In this document: one piece after another, positions 10,209 through 19,751 of the stretch
Position numbering within the stretch: the first letter of the stretch is position 1
Layout of the letters: each line of letters opens with the position of its first letter
IMG/VR virus record: IMGVR_UViG_3300028048_000047
Location: 64,001-128,000 of that record
Strand: one strand, 5' to 3'
Length of the DNA stretch: 64,000 nt
DNA from: a virus
Taxonomy: Duplodnaviria; Caudoviricetes
Made by a program: the position numbers and the translations under genes
Notes under the pieces: model-generated
The model's database searches: none
Seen by the model: only the letters and a program-made list of their open reading frames with translations
Told to the model about the DNA's origin: nothing

Positions 10209-10823
10209 ATGATTTTAATTGTTAATGATGATGGGTATGATTCAGATAATTTAAAATTATTATATGAATATTGTAAAACAATTGATAAGGATGTTGTGTT
10301 TGTTGTTCCACTTAAAGACCATAGTGGCGTAGGAAACAAATCTTCATTAAATAAACAGTTTCATATTGAAGAAGTGGACGGAGGATTTATTATGGACGGG
10401 ACACCTGTTGATTGTGTAAGATGGGGGTTGAGTAAATTTACTCCCAATTTAATCATTACAGGTGTGAATATAGGTTTTAATGTAGGAAGCCATACTCTAT
10501 TAAATAGTGGTACTTTTATGAGTGCAATGGAAGGTTATTTACATAATATTAAATCATTAGCTTGTTCATTTGACAAATTTAAAAAATTGGATTATAAATT
10601 GTTACATCTTGTTTTAAATGAAGTATTAAAATTAGACTTTGAATTGGCTAATTTAAATATTGTTTCTCCATTTATAATAATTACTGATTTATGTGAAAAT
10701 ATGTATGATTATGTTATTGAAAATAATACTATCAAGACATATAATAAAACAAAATTTATAAAAAATACTGATGGAGATATAGTATTCAACAAAAAAAACT
10801 CTTCTTTAACTATTTTTAAATAA
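10209..10823 (+). CDS. surE: SurE-family 5'/3'-nucleotidase
   Basis: NDDG, SGVG, GTPVDCV, GVNIGFN, SGT…AMEG. Confidence 0.9.
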   Translation: MILIVNDDGYDSDNLKLLYEYCKTIDKDVVFVVPLKDHSGVGNKSSLNKQFHIEEVDGGFIMDGTPVDCVRWGLSKFTPNLIITGVNIGFNVGSHTLLNSGTFMSAMEGYLHNIKSLACSFDKFKKLDYKLLHLVLNEVLKLDFELANLNIVSPFIIITDLCENMYDYVIENNTIKTYNKTKFIKNTDGDIVFNKKNSSLTIFK

Positions 10824-10847
10824 TTTTCTTTTGGAGGTGATGCATAT

Positions 10848-11582
10848 TTGCAAGTATACTGTGCAGAGTCAGGTGATTTAAAGGAACATATTTTTCCACA
10901 AAAACCAAATTTACCTAAATTCAATATTTTATTTAGTTTTTATTATATTCAAACAATTGAACCATATTTACCATACGCTAAAAGCATTATTGTAGATAGT
11001 GGAGGGTATACATTTCAATCAAATTCAAATGCTAAATTAACTCCTGATAATTATTTCAAACAATATAAAAAATTCACGAATAATATCCATGAGTTATCAT
11101 GTGTTGATGGTATATTTGAATTGGATATTGATAATTTAGTTGGTTATGATAAAGTAAAAGAGTATCGTGAAGAATTATTTGAAATTACAGATAAAATTAT
11201 TCCTGTTTGGCATAAATCATTAGGAGTAAAAGAATATAAAAATATGGTTGATGAGTATGATTTCATAGCAATTCCATGTGTTGGTGATGCTAATCTTAAA
11301 AGAAGTGCTTATGGGAAATTTGTTAAATATGCTCATAATCATAACTGTAAAGTTCATGGGTTAGGTATGTTAAGACCAAGTATTTTAAAGAATGTTCCAT
11401 TTGATACTGTTGATGGAACTGGATGGTTTAAAGCAAATAGATTTGGAAAATTATATGGGAAAAAAGTTGATAGTGAATATTTACGAAAGAATAGACCAAA
11501 AATGATATATATTGAATTAATTAATCATATTAAATTCCAACAGAAAATGTACGAAAAATGGGAAAAATATCATAAAGATTGA
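10848..11582 (+). CDS. Short TGT/DpdA-like guanine transglycosylase
   Basis: IIVDSGGY, ELDID, IIPVWH, VHGLG, FDTVD motifs; flanked by que genes. Confidence 0.75.
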   Translation: MQVYCAESGDLKEHIFPQKPNLPKFNILFSFYYIQTIEPYLPYAKSIIVDSGGYTFQSNSNAKLTPDNYFKQYKKFTNNIHELSCVDGIFELDIDNLVGYDKVKEYREELFEITDKIIPVWHKSLGVKEYKNMVDEYDFIAIPCVGDANLKRSAYGKFVKYAHNHNCKVHGLGMLRPSILKNVPFDTVDGTGWFKANRFGKLYGKKVDSEYLRKNRPKMIYIELINHIKFQQKMYEKWEKYHKD

Positions 11583-11585
11583 GGT

Positions 11586-12305
11586 GTGAATATGAAGAAA
11601 ATATTATTGTATAGTGGAGGAGTCGATAGTTGGTTAATAAATCAAATATGGAAACCAGATATAAAATTATATGTGGATTTAGGGACTACTTATGGTAAAG
11701 AAGAAATTAAATTATTTAAAAAATATGGGGAAGATGTTAAAATAATTTCTTTTGATTTATCTGAATGGGAGTTACCAAATAAAATTATTCCTTTAAGAAA
11801 TTTATATTTAATTATGTTTGCTTGTAATTATACATACGATGAAGATGCTGAAATTTGTCTTGGTGCAACTGTTGGGGATAGAAATTATGATAAAAATTTA
11901 CCGTTTTTAAAAAAGGTTGAATATTTATTAAATTATATGTATTCTCCTGAGGATACAGCTATTTTCAATAAAAAAATTAAAATTAATACTGATTTTAAAA
12001 GTAAATCTAAAACCGATTTGTTAAAATTGTATTTGGGAAACGGTGGAGATATTAATACTGCTTATAATGAAACTTATGGGGAATTTAAAGAAGAAATGAC
12101 TAATTGGGAATGTAAAAAATTTTATAGGAAGTATGTTTGTTTTAAATTAAATGGTTATGAATTTGATGAAAAAGTAGATAAAAAAATGTATGAATATTTT
12201 AAAGACAATGAATTAGAAGAAACATTGAGTTTAAATAATGAAAGAGGACATGAAAAACAAGAATTATTAAAAGTTTATGAACAATTAAATTCAAAATATA
12301 ATTAA
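11586..12305 (+). CDS. queC: QueC-like PP-loop ATPase (Zn-binding Cys cluster largely lost)
   Basis: LLYSGGVDS PP-loop, IPLRN, GDRNYDK, KxD; only one Cys where the Zn cluster normally sits. Confidence 0.7.
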   Translation: MNMKKILLYSGGVDSWLINQIWKPDIKLYVDLGTTYGKEEIKLFKKYGEDVKIISFDLSEWELPNKIIPLRNLYLIMFACNYTYDEDAEICLGATVGDRNYDKNLPFLKKVEYLLNYMYSPEDTAIFNKKIKINTDFKSKSKTDLLKLYLGNGGDINTAYNETYGEFKEEMTNWECKKFYRKYVCFKLNGYEFDEKVDKKMYEYFKDNELEETLSLNNERGHEKQELLKVYEQLNSKYN

Positions 12306-12314
12306 TTTTTTTTA

Positions 12315-12920
12315 GTGATAAATATATGGGACGAGGGGAATGTTTTGAAACTTGAAAGGATTAAAATAGGAGATATTGTACCTGCAAAATATAATCCAAG
12401 AAAGATTAGTGATGTTGAATATGAAAATTTGAATAGTAGTATTAATGAGTTTGGTTTTGTAGACCCTATTATCATTAACCTTAAAAATAATCATATTATT
12501 GGAGGACATCAAAGATATAAAGTTTTAATTGATAAATTTGATATTGATGATGAATTAATTTGTGTACCTCTTGGTGATATTGGATGGGTATTTCCTGATT
12601 CAGAATTGGTTATTAAAGATGAATCTCATGAGAAGGCTTTGAATATTGCATTGAATAAAATTAGTGGGTCATGGGATAATGAAAAACTACAAGATTTAAT
12701 TGTTGATTTAGAAGTGGACGATGTTGATTTAGATTTAACTGGTTTTGAAGAATATGAAATTGATAAATTAAAATATGATTGTGATGTTGAATTTGATGAA
12801 AATAATTTAAATAATAATACTAATGAAGTGAATGAAGAGTTAGATACAAAGGATAATAATGATAATTTAATAAAATGTCCTTTTTGTGAGCAACATTTTA
12901 AAGAAGAAGATGTAATTTAG
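12315..12920 (+). CDS. ParB/Srx N-terminal-domain protein (copy 2)
   Basis: Paralog of 9618-10184; CPFC; start possibly TTG at 12345. Confidence 0.85.
   Translation: MINIWDEGNVLKLERIKIGDIVPAKYNPRKISDVEYENLNSSINEFGFVDPIIINLKNNHIIGGHQRYKVLIDKFDIDDELICVPLGDIGWVFPDSELVIKDESHEKALNIALNKISGSWDNEKLQDLIVDLEVDDVDLDLTGFEEYEIDKLKYDCDVEFDENNLNNNTNEVNEELDTKDNNDNLIKCPFCEQHFKEEDVI
12613..12698 (+). repeat. 86-bp perfect direct repeat, copy 2
   Basis: Identical to 9898-9983. Confidence 0.9.
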
Positions 12921-12939
12921 GTATAATGTGGTGTTTTGT

Positions 12940-13473
12940 ATGAAGTATAATATTAAAGGTTCAAGAACTGAGGAGAATTTGAAGACTGCTTTACAAGGTG
13001 AGGCTTTGGCTCATTTGAAGTATCAGTTTTATAGGAGTAAAATTAGTAATTTTAGTAAGGAGTTTGAGGAAATTTTTGATGAAATTATTCATAATGAGAA
13101 AGAGCATGGAAAGATTTGGTTTAAATTGTTGAATGGTGGGGATGTTCCTACTGATAGTGTTAATTTGGCTGATGCTATTGAAGGGGAATCTTATGAATTT
13201 TCTGAGTTGTATCCTGAATTTGGAAGGATTGCAAGGGAAGAAGGATTTGATGAGATTGCTGAATTGTTTGAGGAAGTTGCTGTTATTGAAGGTAGACATT
13301 CAAAGGTTTTTGATGATTTGAAAAGTGGTATTGAAGGGGATTCGATTTTTGTTGATGATAATTTGAATACTAAATGGAAATGTTTGAATTGTGGTCATGT
13401 TGTTGAGGGTGGTTTTGCTCCTGATGTTTGTCCTGTTTGTAATCATCCTTTGAAGTATTTTGTTAAATTATAG
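12940..13473 (+). CDS. rbr: Rubrerythrin
   Basis: TEENL…GE, EKEH, E…YP, A..EG, ExxH di-iron motifs; WKCLNCG…CPVC rubredoxin tail. Confidence 0.93.
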   Translation: MKYNIKGSRTEENLKTALQGEALAHLKYQFYRSKISNFSKEFEEIFDEIIHNEKEHGKIWFKLLNGGDVPTDSVNLADAIEGESYEFSELYPEFGRIAREEGFDEIAELFEEVAVIEGRHSKVFDDLKSGIEGDSIFVDDNLNTKWKCLNCGHVVEGGFAPDVCPVCNHPLKYFVKL

Positions 13474-13535
13474 TAAGTTATATATTATAGTTTGAGTGGA
13501 TATGTAATTGTAGTAAAACTTTAACATGATACCAT

Positions 13536-13573
13536 GTTCTCATACTATTTTTTTATGTATGAGAACTTTTTTT
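13536..13573 (+). terminator. Hairpin followed by T tract, after rubrerythrin
   Basis: gttctcatac-N11-gtatgagaac then T7. Confidence 0.6.
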
Positions 13574-13590
13574 ATTGAACTTATATGAAA

Positions 13591-13618
13591 AGTAATATTT
13601 ATATATGATTATAGATAT
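13591..13618 (+). promoter_or_regulatory. Archaeal promoter
   Basis: agtaataTTTATATAtgattatagatat. Confidence 0.7.
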
Positions 13619-13665
13619 ATATTATAATATTAAAATATAATAAAAAAATAGGAAGTGAAAAAACA

Positions 13666-14655
13666 ATGGAAAATTTGAATATAGAAAAAAAAATAAATAA
13701 AAACATTTGTAAATTCTGCCAATATTATGAAGAAGATTATTTACCAACAGAAGGATATGAAATACATTTAGAATATTGCCATAACAAAAACAATAAGTAC
13801 AGTTTTTCAAAAAATCAAATATTGTCCAATGAAATACATGAATGCAATGGGTTTAAAGAGAAAATAAAGTACTACTTAAAAAAAATAGAACAAAAATATG
13901 ATATAACAATAATATATGCAATTGAAAATGGGAGTAGAGTTTGGGGATTTGCAAATGAAGACTCAGACTTTGATATTAGGTTTATATATTACCATAATAA
14001 CATTCAAAAATATTTCACAATAAATAATAAATATGAAGATGTTATGATGTTCTATGATGAAATTTATGATATTGTAGGATGGGATATTAAAAAAGCATTG
14101 TATTTACATTATAAAAACAATCCAACAATATATGAATGGTTAAACACAAGTAAAGTATATATTAATAAATTTGATTATGAAAAATTACCTGAAATAAATA
14201 AAAAAACATTACTTCATCATTACTATAATATGGGTAAAAAAACTTGGAAAAAGTATTGTGAAAATTGGCGTGATGAAAAAGATTTGAAAAAATTATCTAA
14301 AAAATTCCTTTATACTATTCGATGTATTTTAACATGGAATATTATTTTCCATGATTTAACACCTTCACAAAATATAAACCAATTAATTGGTAGAAACATT
14401 TGTATTGGGGAATTACATGATAAAACAGCAGAACAGATAGATAGCTTGTTACAGTATTATCGATTCAATGAACCACAGTTAGATTCTTCGATAAAAAGAG
14501 AGTATAGTACAATATATACTCATCTTGAAGAGTGGATTAAAATTAATTTATTAATCATGATGGAATCAACTGATAAATTCACATCAGTTAATAAAAAAGA
14601 TTATTCTTTATATAATGAAATATTATATGATATAATTAAAGGAGAGGATGTTTAA
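13666..14655 (+). CDS. Pol-beta-like nucleotidyltransferase (YcgL/RlaP-like) with N-terminal 4-Cys module
   Basis: ENGSRVWGF…DSDFDIRFIY, GWDIKKAL, NPTxxEWL. Confidence 0.85.
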   Translation: MENLNIEKKINKNICKFCQYYEEDYLPTEGYEIHLEYCHNKNNKYSFSKNQILSNEIHECNGFKEKIKYYLKKIEQKYDITIIYAIENGSRVWGFANEDSDFDIRFIYYHNNIQKYFTINNKYEDVMMFYDEIYDIVGWDIKKALYLHYKNNPTIYEWLNTSKVYINKFDYEKLPEINKKTLLHHYYNMGKKTWKKYCENWRDEKDLKKLSKKFLYTIRCILTWNIIFHDLTPSQNINQLIGRNICIGELHDKTAEQIDSLLQYYRFNEPQLDSSIKREYSTIYTHLEEWIKINLLIMMESTDKFTSVNKKDYSLYNEILYDIIKGEDV

Positions 14656-14657
14656 TT

Positions 14658-15056
14658 ATGTCAAGGTATGGGGTTAAACAACAGAAAAATACAAAAGGAG
14701 GTAAATATTATTGGAAATTACAGAAATGGGTTAGTAAATTGTTTATACTATATGATAAATGTGTTATTTGTAATAGTAAAAAGAATCTTGAACCTCATCA
14801 TATTGTACCAGTTAAACCTTATGATGAATTGTATTCTGATGTAAATAATGGTATTGTGTTATGTAAATCATGTCATCATAACTATCATGAACAATATAAA
14901 GATAATATTAATACTTATACTTTATTAAAATTCACCAAAGAGAATATCCAATTAAATAAAAAATTAGAACAATCAAATGAACTCTTAAATTATTATCAAA
15001 ATGAAACATTTCGTTTAAGAAATGAATTAAAAAAAATAACTGAAAAAAAGAAGTGA
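14658..15056 (+). CDS. HNH endonuclease
   Basis: CVIC…HHI…NG.VLC..CH..YH. Confidence 0.85.
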   Translation: MSRYGVKQQKNTKGGKYYWKLQKWVSKLFILYDKCVICNSKKNLEPHHIVPVKPYDELYSDVNNGIVLCKSCHHNYHEQYKDNINTYTLLKFTKENIQLNKKLEQSNELLNYYQNETFRLRNELKKITEKKK

Positions 15057-15665
15057 TAATAAAAAAATAAATAAAAATGATGGGAATTATATGATTAAAA
15101 CAAGTGTTAAACGAAGGATTAGTATATGTTATATTCTTGAAGAAGATTCTCCTTTTGAATCATCACCTATTAAGATTTGTAGGAGTAAAAGATTAGCAGA
15201 ACATTATAAAAAAATATTATCTCCAAAATGGAAAGATACTTTTGGTTTTGATTTATTTATTCGTGAGGAAAAATTTTATGAAGACGATGATTTTGAAACA
15301 GAAATTTTTACTTACATTGAAAATTTGTTGTGATTAAAAATGAAGATTGAAAATATAAGAGAAATAGTAGATACTATTATTAAGGACAATGAAAATATTG
15401 AATTAATAATTCCGTTATCTGATATTGTATGGACTATTGTTGTATTTTATTATAGATTATATATGTTAGATGAAGAGATACAATCAAATCCACAATCTGA
15501 TAAAATGTGGAGTTTGAAGATGAACAAGGAATGTATGGCATCACGGTCAGATGAATTAGCACGGATTATTAATCAATATTCTGATTTTGATACTCAACAT
15601 ATATGGGAAACATTAAAGAGTTATCAAAAAGAAATTTAAATATGTATTGTTGTAGGTGGTAATAA

Positions 15666-15866
15666 ATGATAGGTAATCGATTTAAAATTGAAATTTGTCA
15701 TAATGATGATTATGATGAGATTAAAGTTAATGATTTAATGAGTAAGAAACATATAACTATTATAAGTGATAAAGATAAGTTTATAACTAATTTGGAGAAT
15801 ATGAAACTTCTTGTTAATTTATTGAATTTGTTATGGGGTATTTGTTATGATGATGTGGAGGAATAA
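15666..15866 (+). CDS. RF…LLNxL family protein
   Basis: MIGNRFKI…LVNLLNLL. Confidence 0.55.
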   Translation: MIGNRFKIEICHNDDYDEIKVNDLMSKKHITIISDKDKFITNLENMKLLVNLLNLLWGICYDDVEE

Positions 15867-16192
15867 TGATGAGTAAAAATATTTGTGTTGATTTTGATGG
15901 TGTATTAAACAATTATGAAGGTTGGAATGGTGTGGAAGAATTATATTCTCCTTCTAATGGTGCAAAAGAATTCCTTGAAGAGTTATATGATAAATATTAT
16001 GTTATAATATTTACTGCAAGAGATGTTGATTTAGTTGAGGAATGGTTGGTAAAATATGATATGCCATTTAACGAAGTAACTAATATTAAAAGAGGAGCAT
16101 TTGCATATATTGATGATAGGGCAATTTGTTTTAAAGGGGATTATAATGATATTTTGAATACATTATCTGTTTTTAAAGCACATTGGGAGTGA
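15866..16192 (+). CDS. HAD-superfamily phosphatase
   Basis: DFDGVL, FTAR, YIDDRA. Confidence 0.85.
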   Translation: MMSKNICVDFDGVLNNYEGWNGVEELYSPSNGAKEFLEELYDKYYVIIFTARDVDLVEEWLVKYDMPFNEVTNIKRGAFAYIDDRAICFKGDYNDILNTLSVFKAHWE

Positions 16193-16689
16193 GTTTTATG
16201 GATATTTATTGTGGTATTAATGGGTTGTATCCTGAGGAAAGAGATTATATTTTAAGAAAATTAAGATTATTGAATCATTGTGTTGATAATATTTTATATG
16301 TTGATTATAGTGTGTTAAAGAGTAGTCATAATCATATTACAGTTAAAGGTAAATTTAAAGATGATGAAAAATTTTTGTTGGTGGTTAGAGGATTAATGAG
16401 TATTGAAGTTCCTGATATTCCCACAGAATATGATGATTATATTCCATTAAATCAAAGGGAAACTCCAAGTATTTCATTGACTATGAAAAAAGATTTTGAT
16501 AAATTTAATAAGGATAAAGGAATGACATATGTAGAATCAATGTGGAGTGGTAAAGGAAGTTTAAAATAATGTTGGATATTCAGATAAGTTTTTTGATAGG
16601 GTTGTTTGCAGGTTTATTATTGTGTTTGATTGTTATGATAATGGACTGTTTTTAGAGGTAATTGATTTTTTGGTTTAGGTGTTTGGTGT

Positions 16690-16989
16690 ATGTTTGAGTG
16701 GTTGAAAAGTGATGATGAGAATTCAAATGATGATTTAATGGAAATTTATGGTGTTGAAATTAAAAAGATAAAAGATGAGATAGATACTGTTAATAAGAAA
16801 ATTAAATTTTATGAAGGCAAAAGGAGGGTGTTGGAAAATTGGTTAAACAATGTTATGGTAAGTGTTAAAATGGAGGAGGAAGATGAGAAGTGTGTTAATT
16901 GTAAATATTATAGGAGTGGGAACTGTTTGAAGTATGAATCTTCTGTTAATAAAGATGCAACTTGTGTTGATTTTATGTGGAATGTTTGA
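16690..16989 (+). CDS. Coiled-coil plus 4-Cys module protein
   Basis: CVNCKYY…C…C. Confidence 0.65.
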   Translation: MFEWLKSDDENSNDDLMEIYGVEIKKIKDEIDTVNKKIKFYEGKRRVLENWLNNVMVSVKMEEEDEKCVNCKYYRSGNCLKYESSVNKDATCVDFMWNV

Positions 16990-17010
16990 CTGTTTTTTAT
17001 ATGTAATATA

Positions 17011-17039
17011 TAGTAAACTTTATATATTATTATAGTTAT
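17011..17039 (+). promoter_or_regulatory. Archaeal promoter
   Basis: tagtaaacTTTATATAttattatagttat. Confidence 0.6.
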
Positions 17040-17146
17040 ATTATATTTTATAAAATTATATTTTTTTTAGATAGAGGAAATTATTGTTTATAACATATTC
17101 TCTTTCTTCTAAAAATATTTGTTTTTTATATAAACAAAATATTATT

Positions 17147-17165
17147 AAGTAATATTTATATATAA
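17147..17165 (+). promoter_or_regulatory. Archaeal promoter
   Basis: aagtaataTTTATATA. Confidence 0.6.
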
Positions 17166-17211
17166 TAAAAAACTAAAATATAAAACATATTAAGAAAAGG
17201 ATGAAATTAAA

Positions 17212-17451
17212 ATGATGGATAAACTAAAAATAATATACATGATATTATTATCATTATTTACATCGAGATGTAATGATGATAAAAAAAGATTATACAAGAA
17301 AAAAGAACCAAAAAAAATGAACATTAAAATTAATAATACTCAAATTTTAGTAATACTTGTTGTTATATTATTGTTTATATTATCAACATATTTAATATAC
17401 AGAACAGGTAGTTTGGAATCAACAGGTTATTATTATAGACTTAATGGTTAA
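17212..17451 (+). CDS. Small membrane protein
   Basis: Hydrophobic ILVILVVILLFILSTYLIY segment. Confidence 0.55.
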   Translation: MMDKLKIIYMILLSLFTSRCNDDKKRLYKKKEPKKMNIKINNTQILVILVVILLFILSTYLIYRTGSLESTGYYYRLNG

Positions 17452-17475
17452 TAAAACATAGATAAGAGGTATAAT

Positions 17476-18183
17476 ATGACAATAGAAGAAACATTAATTG
17501 AAATGGAAAAAAATGAAGCAGATGTTAAAATGAACATATTTCAAAAATTAACATATATTCAAAATGATTTGTTGGAAATAAATATTCCTAAAAATGGTAG
17601 AAATAAATTTGGTGGATTTTCATATTATGAATTAGATGATTTATTACCTCCAATTTTGAAATTATGCAAAGAATACGGATGTACATTATATTTCAATTTT
17701 CCTTTATCTAATGAAGGCGAATGTAAAAAAGGAGTGTTAAATTTAATTAATTGGGAAGACAAAGAAGATTGCATAAGAGTAGAAGTTCCATTTCCAAAAT
17801 TAGAAAAGTTACCGAAGATGAACTTTGCACAAAGTTCTGGCACTTATCAGACTTATATGAAAAGATATTTAATATTACATACATTTGATATTGTTGAAGG
17901 AGAAGTCATTGACTCAGGATTTTTAGAAAATTCAACTCAAAACCACAATGGAAACACACGAACTACTCCTAAAAAATCATCAAATGAAAATAAAAAGGAT
18001 AATGACATTAATGAACCTGCGTGTTTATCAAAAGTAATATCAAAATGCCATGAATTACATGGGGAAAAAGAATGTGATGGTAAATTGTTAAATAAAGTTT
18101 CATTACAAATGTTTAACAAAAAAGAATTAACATTAGATGAACGAAAAGAAATATTTAATTATGTTAAAACATTAAAAAAATAA
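17476..18183 (+). CDS. erf: ERF-family single-strand annealing recombinase
   Basis: NIFQKL..IQ, K.G.NKF..F.YYEL.D, Q..G…TY.KRY. Confidence 0.85.
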   Translation: MTIEETLIEMEKNEADVKMNIFQKLTYIQNDLLEINIPKNGRNKFGGFSYYELDDLLPPILKLCKEYGCTLYFNFPLSNEGECKKGVLNLINWEDKEDCIRVEVPFPKLEKLPKMNFAQSSGTYQTYMKRYLILHTFDIVEGEVIDSGFLENSTQNHNGNTRTTPKKSSNENKKDNDINEPACLSKVISKCHELHGEKECDGKLLNKVSLQMFNKKELTLDERKEIFNYVKTLKK

Positions 18184-18218
18184 ATTAAGAAAAAAGAAAA
18201 AATAATGGTGAATTAATA

Positions 18219-18635
18219 ATGGGTAAAATAAAAACTACTGTATTTGTCGATGAAGATTTATGGTTACTTGCAAAAGACAAATTGGATATGAGTAGAGGAG
18301 ATTTTATTGATTATGCTTTAACAATATATCTTATGGAAGATAGTGAAATTTCAAGATTAATGAAAAAAGGGGCTAAATTACAGTCTGAATTAAATCAATT
18401 AATCGGAAGAATACAATCATTAGAACAAAAAAATAAAGGTATTGATAAAGATAAAATTTATTCTGAATTAATGCCCACAGTTTATAGGATACATGATGCT
18501 TTGGGGTACATTGGCAAAAATCAATTAAGAAAGATAGCAACTCAAAATGAATTAAATCCAACTGGGTTCATTAAATTTGTTGAAAACCAAGAAAACATCG
18601 AAGTTAAAAAATATGGAGCATTACCCAAATATTAA
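18219..18635 (+). CDS. RHH-like plus coiled-coil regulator
   Basis: KIKTTVFVDEDLWLLAK…SRGDFIDYAL. Confidence 0.55.
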   Translation: MGKIKTTVFVDEDLWLLAKDKLDMSRGDFIDYALTIYLMEDSEISRLMKKGAKLQSELNQLIGRIQSLEQKNKGIDKDKIYSELMPTVYRIHDALGYIGKNQLRKIATQNELNPTGFIKFVENQENIEVKKYGALPKY

Positions 18636-18679
18636 TTCAAATCAACAATTTTTTTGAAAACAAATGAGGTAACATTATA

Positions 18680-19369
18680 ATGAATTCCAAAAAAGAAGAA
18701 TTTAAAAAATTATTTTACAGTAATTTAACTGAATTTGAAATAAAACAAAAATTAAATTTGAATTATAAAGAATATAGGGGTTTATTAAATGATGTTAAAA
18801 AAGAATTAGGTTTACCTTTAAGTTACCGAAGAACTCCAAAAAATTATGGGAGTTACACGAAAGATTCATATTATATTTTAAAAAGAAAAAATGATGAATT
18901 TGAAATAATTTCATATTGTCCTACAAAACAATCTGCTGAACATAAATTAAATAAAGAGATGAATTTAAATGATGATTGTATTTATGAAATCAAACAAGCA
19001 AATGATGAAAATTTAATGGAATTGATATATGAGGAGTATTGTATTAAAAAGAATAATTGGGAAGGGATTATACAAAAATGTAAGTTACCTTATCATAAAT
19101 TTTATTATTTGTTAAGTATTATCAAGCAGAATCTTCAAATTACTCATTTAAATACTTATCGTGATAAAAGATTTATATATAAATATCGTCCAACAAAGAA
19201 ATTTGTAGTGAAAAAATATGTTAATGGTAAATATGTTCATTTTGGATACTATGATAATGAGGATACTGCAATTCATGTTCGTAATTACTTAGAAAGTATT
19301 AATTGGAATTTTAGTTTATGGGAGAATAATAAATCAAAAGTAGTGGGTGAAATTTTAAATGAGCAGTAG
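18680..19369 (+). CDS. HTH plus AP2-like DNA-binding protein (internally duplicated)
   Basis: FVVKKYVNGKYVHFGYYD…A..VRN.L…NW. Confidence 0.6.
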   Translation: MNSKKEEFKKLFYSNLTEFEIKQKLNLNYKEYRGLLNDVKKELGLPLSYRRTPKNYGSYTKDSYYILKRKNDEFEIISYCPTKQSAEHKLNKEMNLNDDCIYEIKQANDENLMELIYEEYCIKKNNWEGIIQKCKLPYHKFYYLLSIIKQNLQITHLNTYRDKRFIYKYRPTKKFVVKKYVNGKYVHFGYYDNEDTAIHVRNYLESINWNFSLWENNKSKVVGEILNEQ

Positions 19370-19751
19370 TGTTGATGAAGTACTTAATTGGTCTGATAAT
19401 GACTTTAAGAAAACAATAAATTTTAATAAATTTATTAGTAATAACCGTAGTGAAATGAAGTCCAATGTTCGTGTTAAGACTTGTGCATATTGTGGTGAGA
19501 AATTTGCAATATTTGTTAAAAAGGGAAGACCTGCTGAATATTGTTGTGATGATTGCCGTGAAAATGCAATATTAGAACAATCAAAAATTAAATCACATAG
19601 ATGGTATCATAAGAATAAACATAGATTAAGTGAAAAAAGTAGATGGGGTCTTGGGAGTGGTACTCTTGGACAACATAGACATAAAGATTTTAGTAAGGAG
19701 CAAAAGACAATTAAAAATGAATTGACACGATTGAAGCTGAAAAGGAAGTAG
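19359..19751 (+). CDS. Zinc-finger protein
   Basis: CAYC…YCCDDCR. Confidence 0.65.
   Translation: MSSSVDEVLNWSDNDFKKTINFNKFISNNRSEMKSNVRVKTCAYCGEKFAIFVKKGRPAEYCCDDCRENAILEQSKIKSHRWYHKNKHRLSEKSRWGLGSGTLGQHRHKDFSKEQKTIKNELTRLKLKRK

Noticed and set aside
9618-12920. ParABS partition system
   Set aside because: Only the ParB N-terminal domain is present; no HTH, ParA or parS repeats; context is DNA modification
1760-13321. Alternate-frame + ORFs 1760-1948 and 13133-13321
   Set aside because: Nested in real genes within G/T-rich stretches that lack stops by composition
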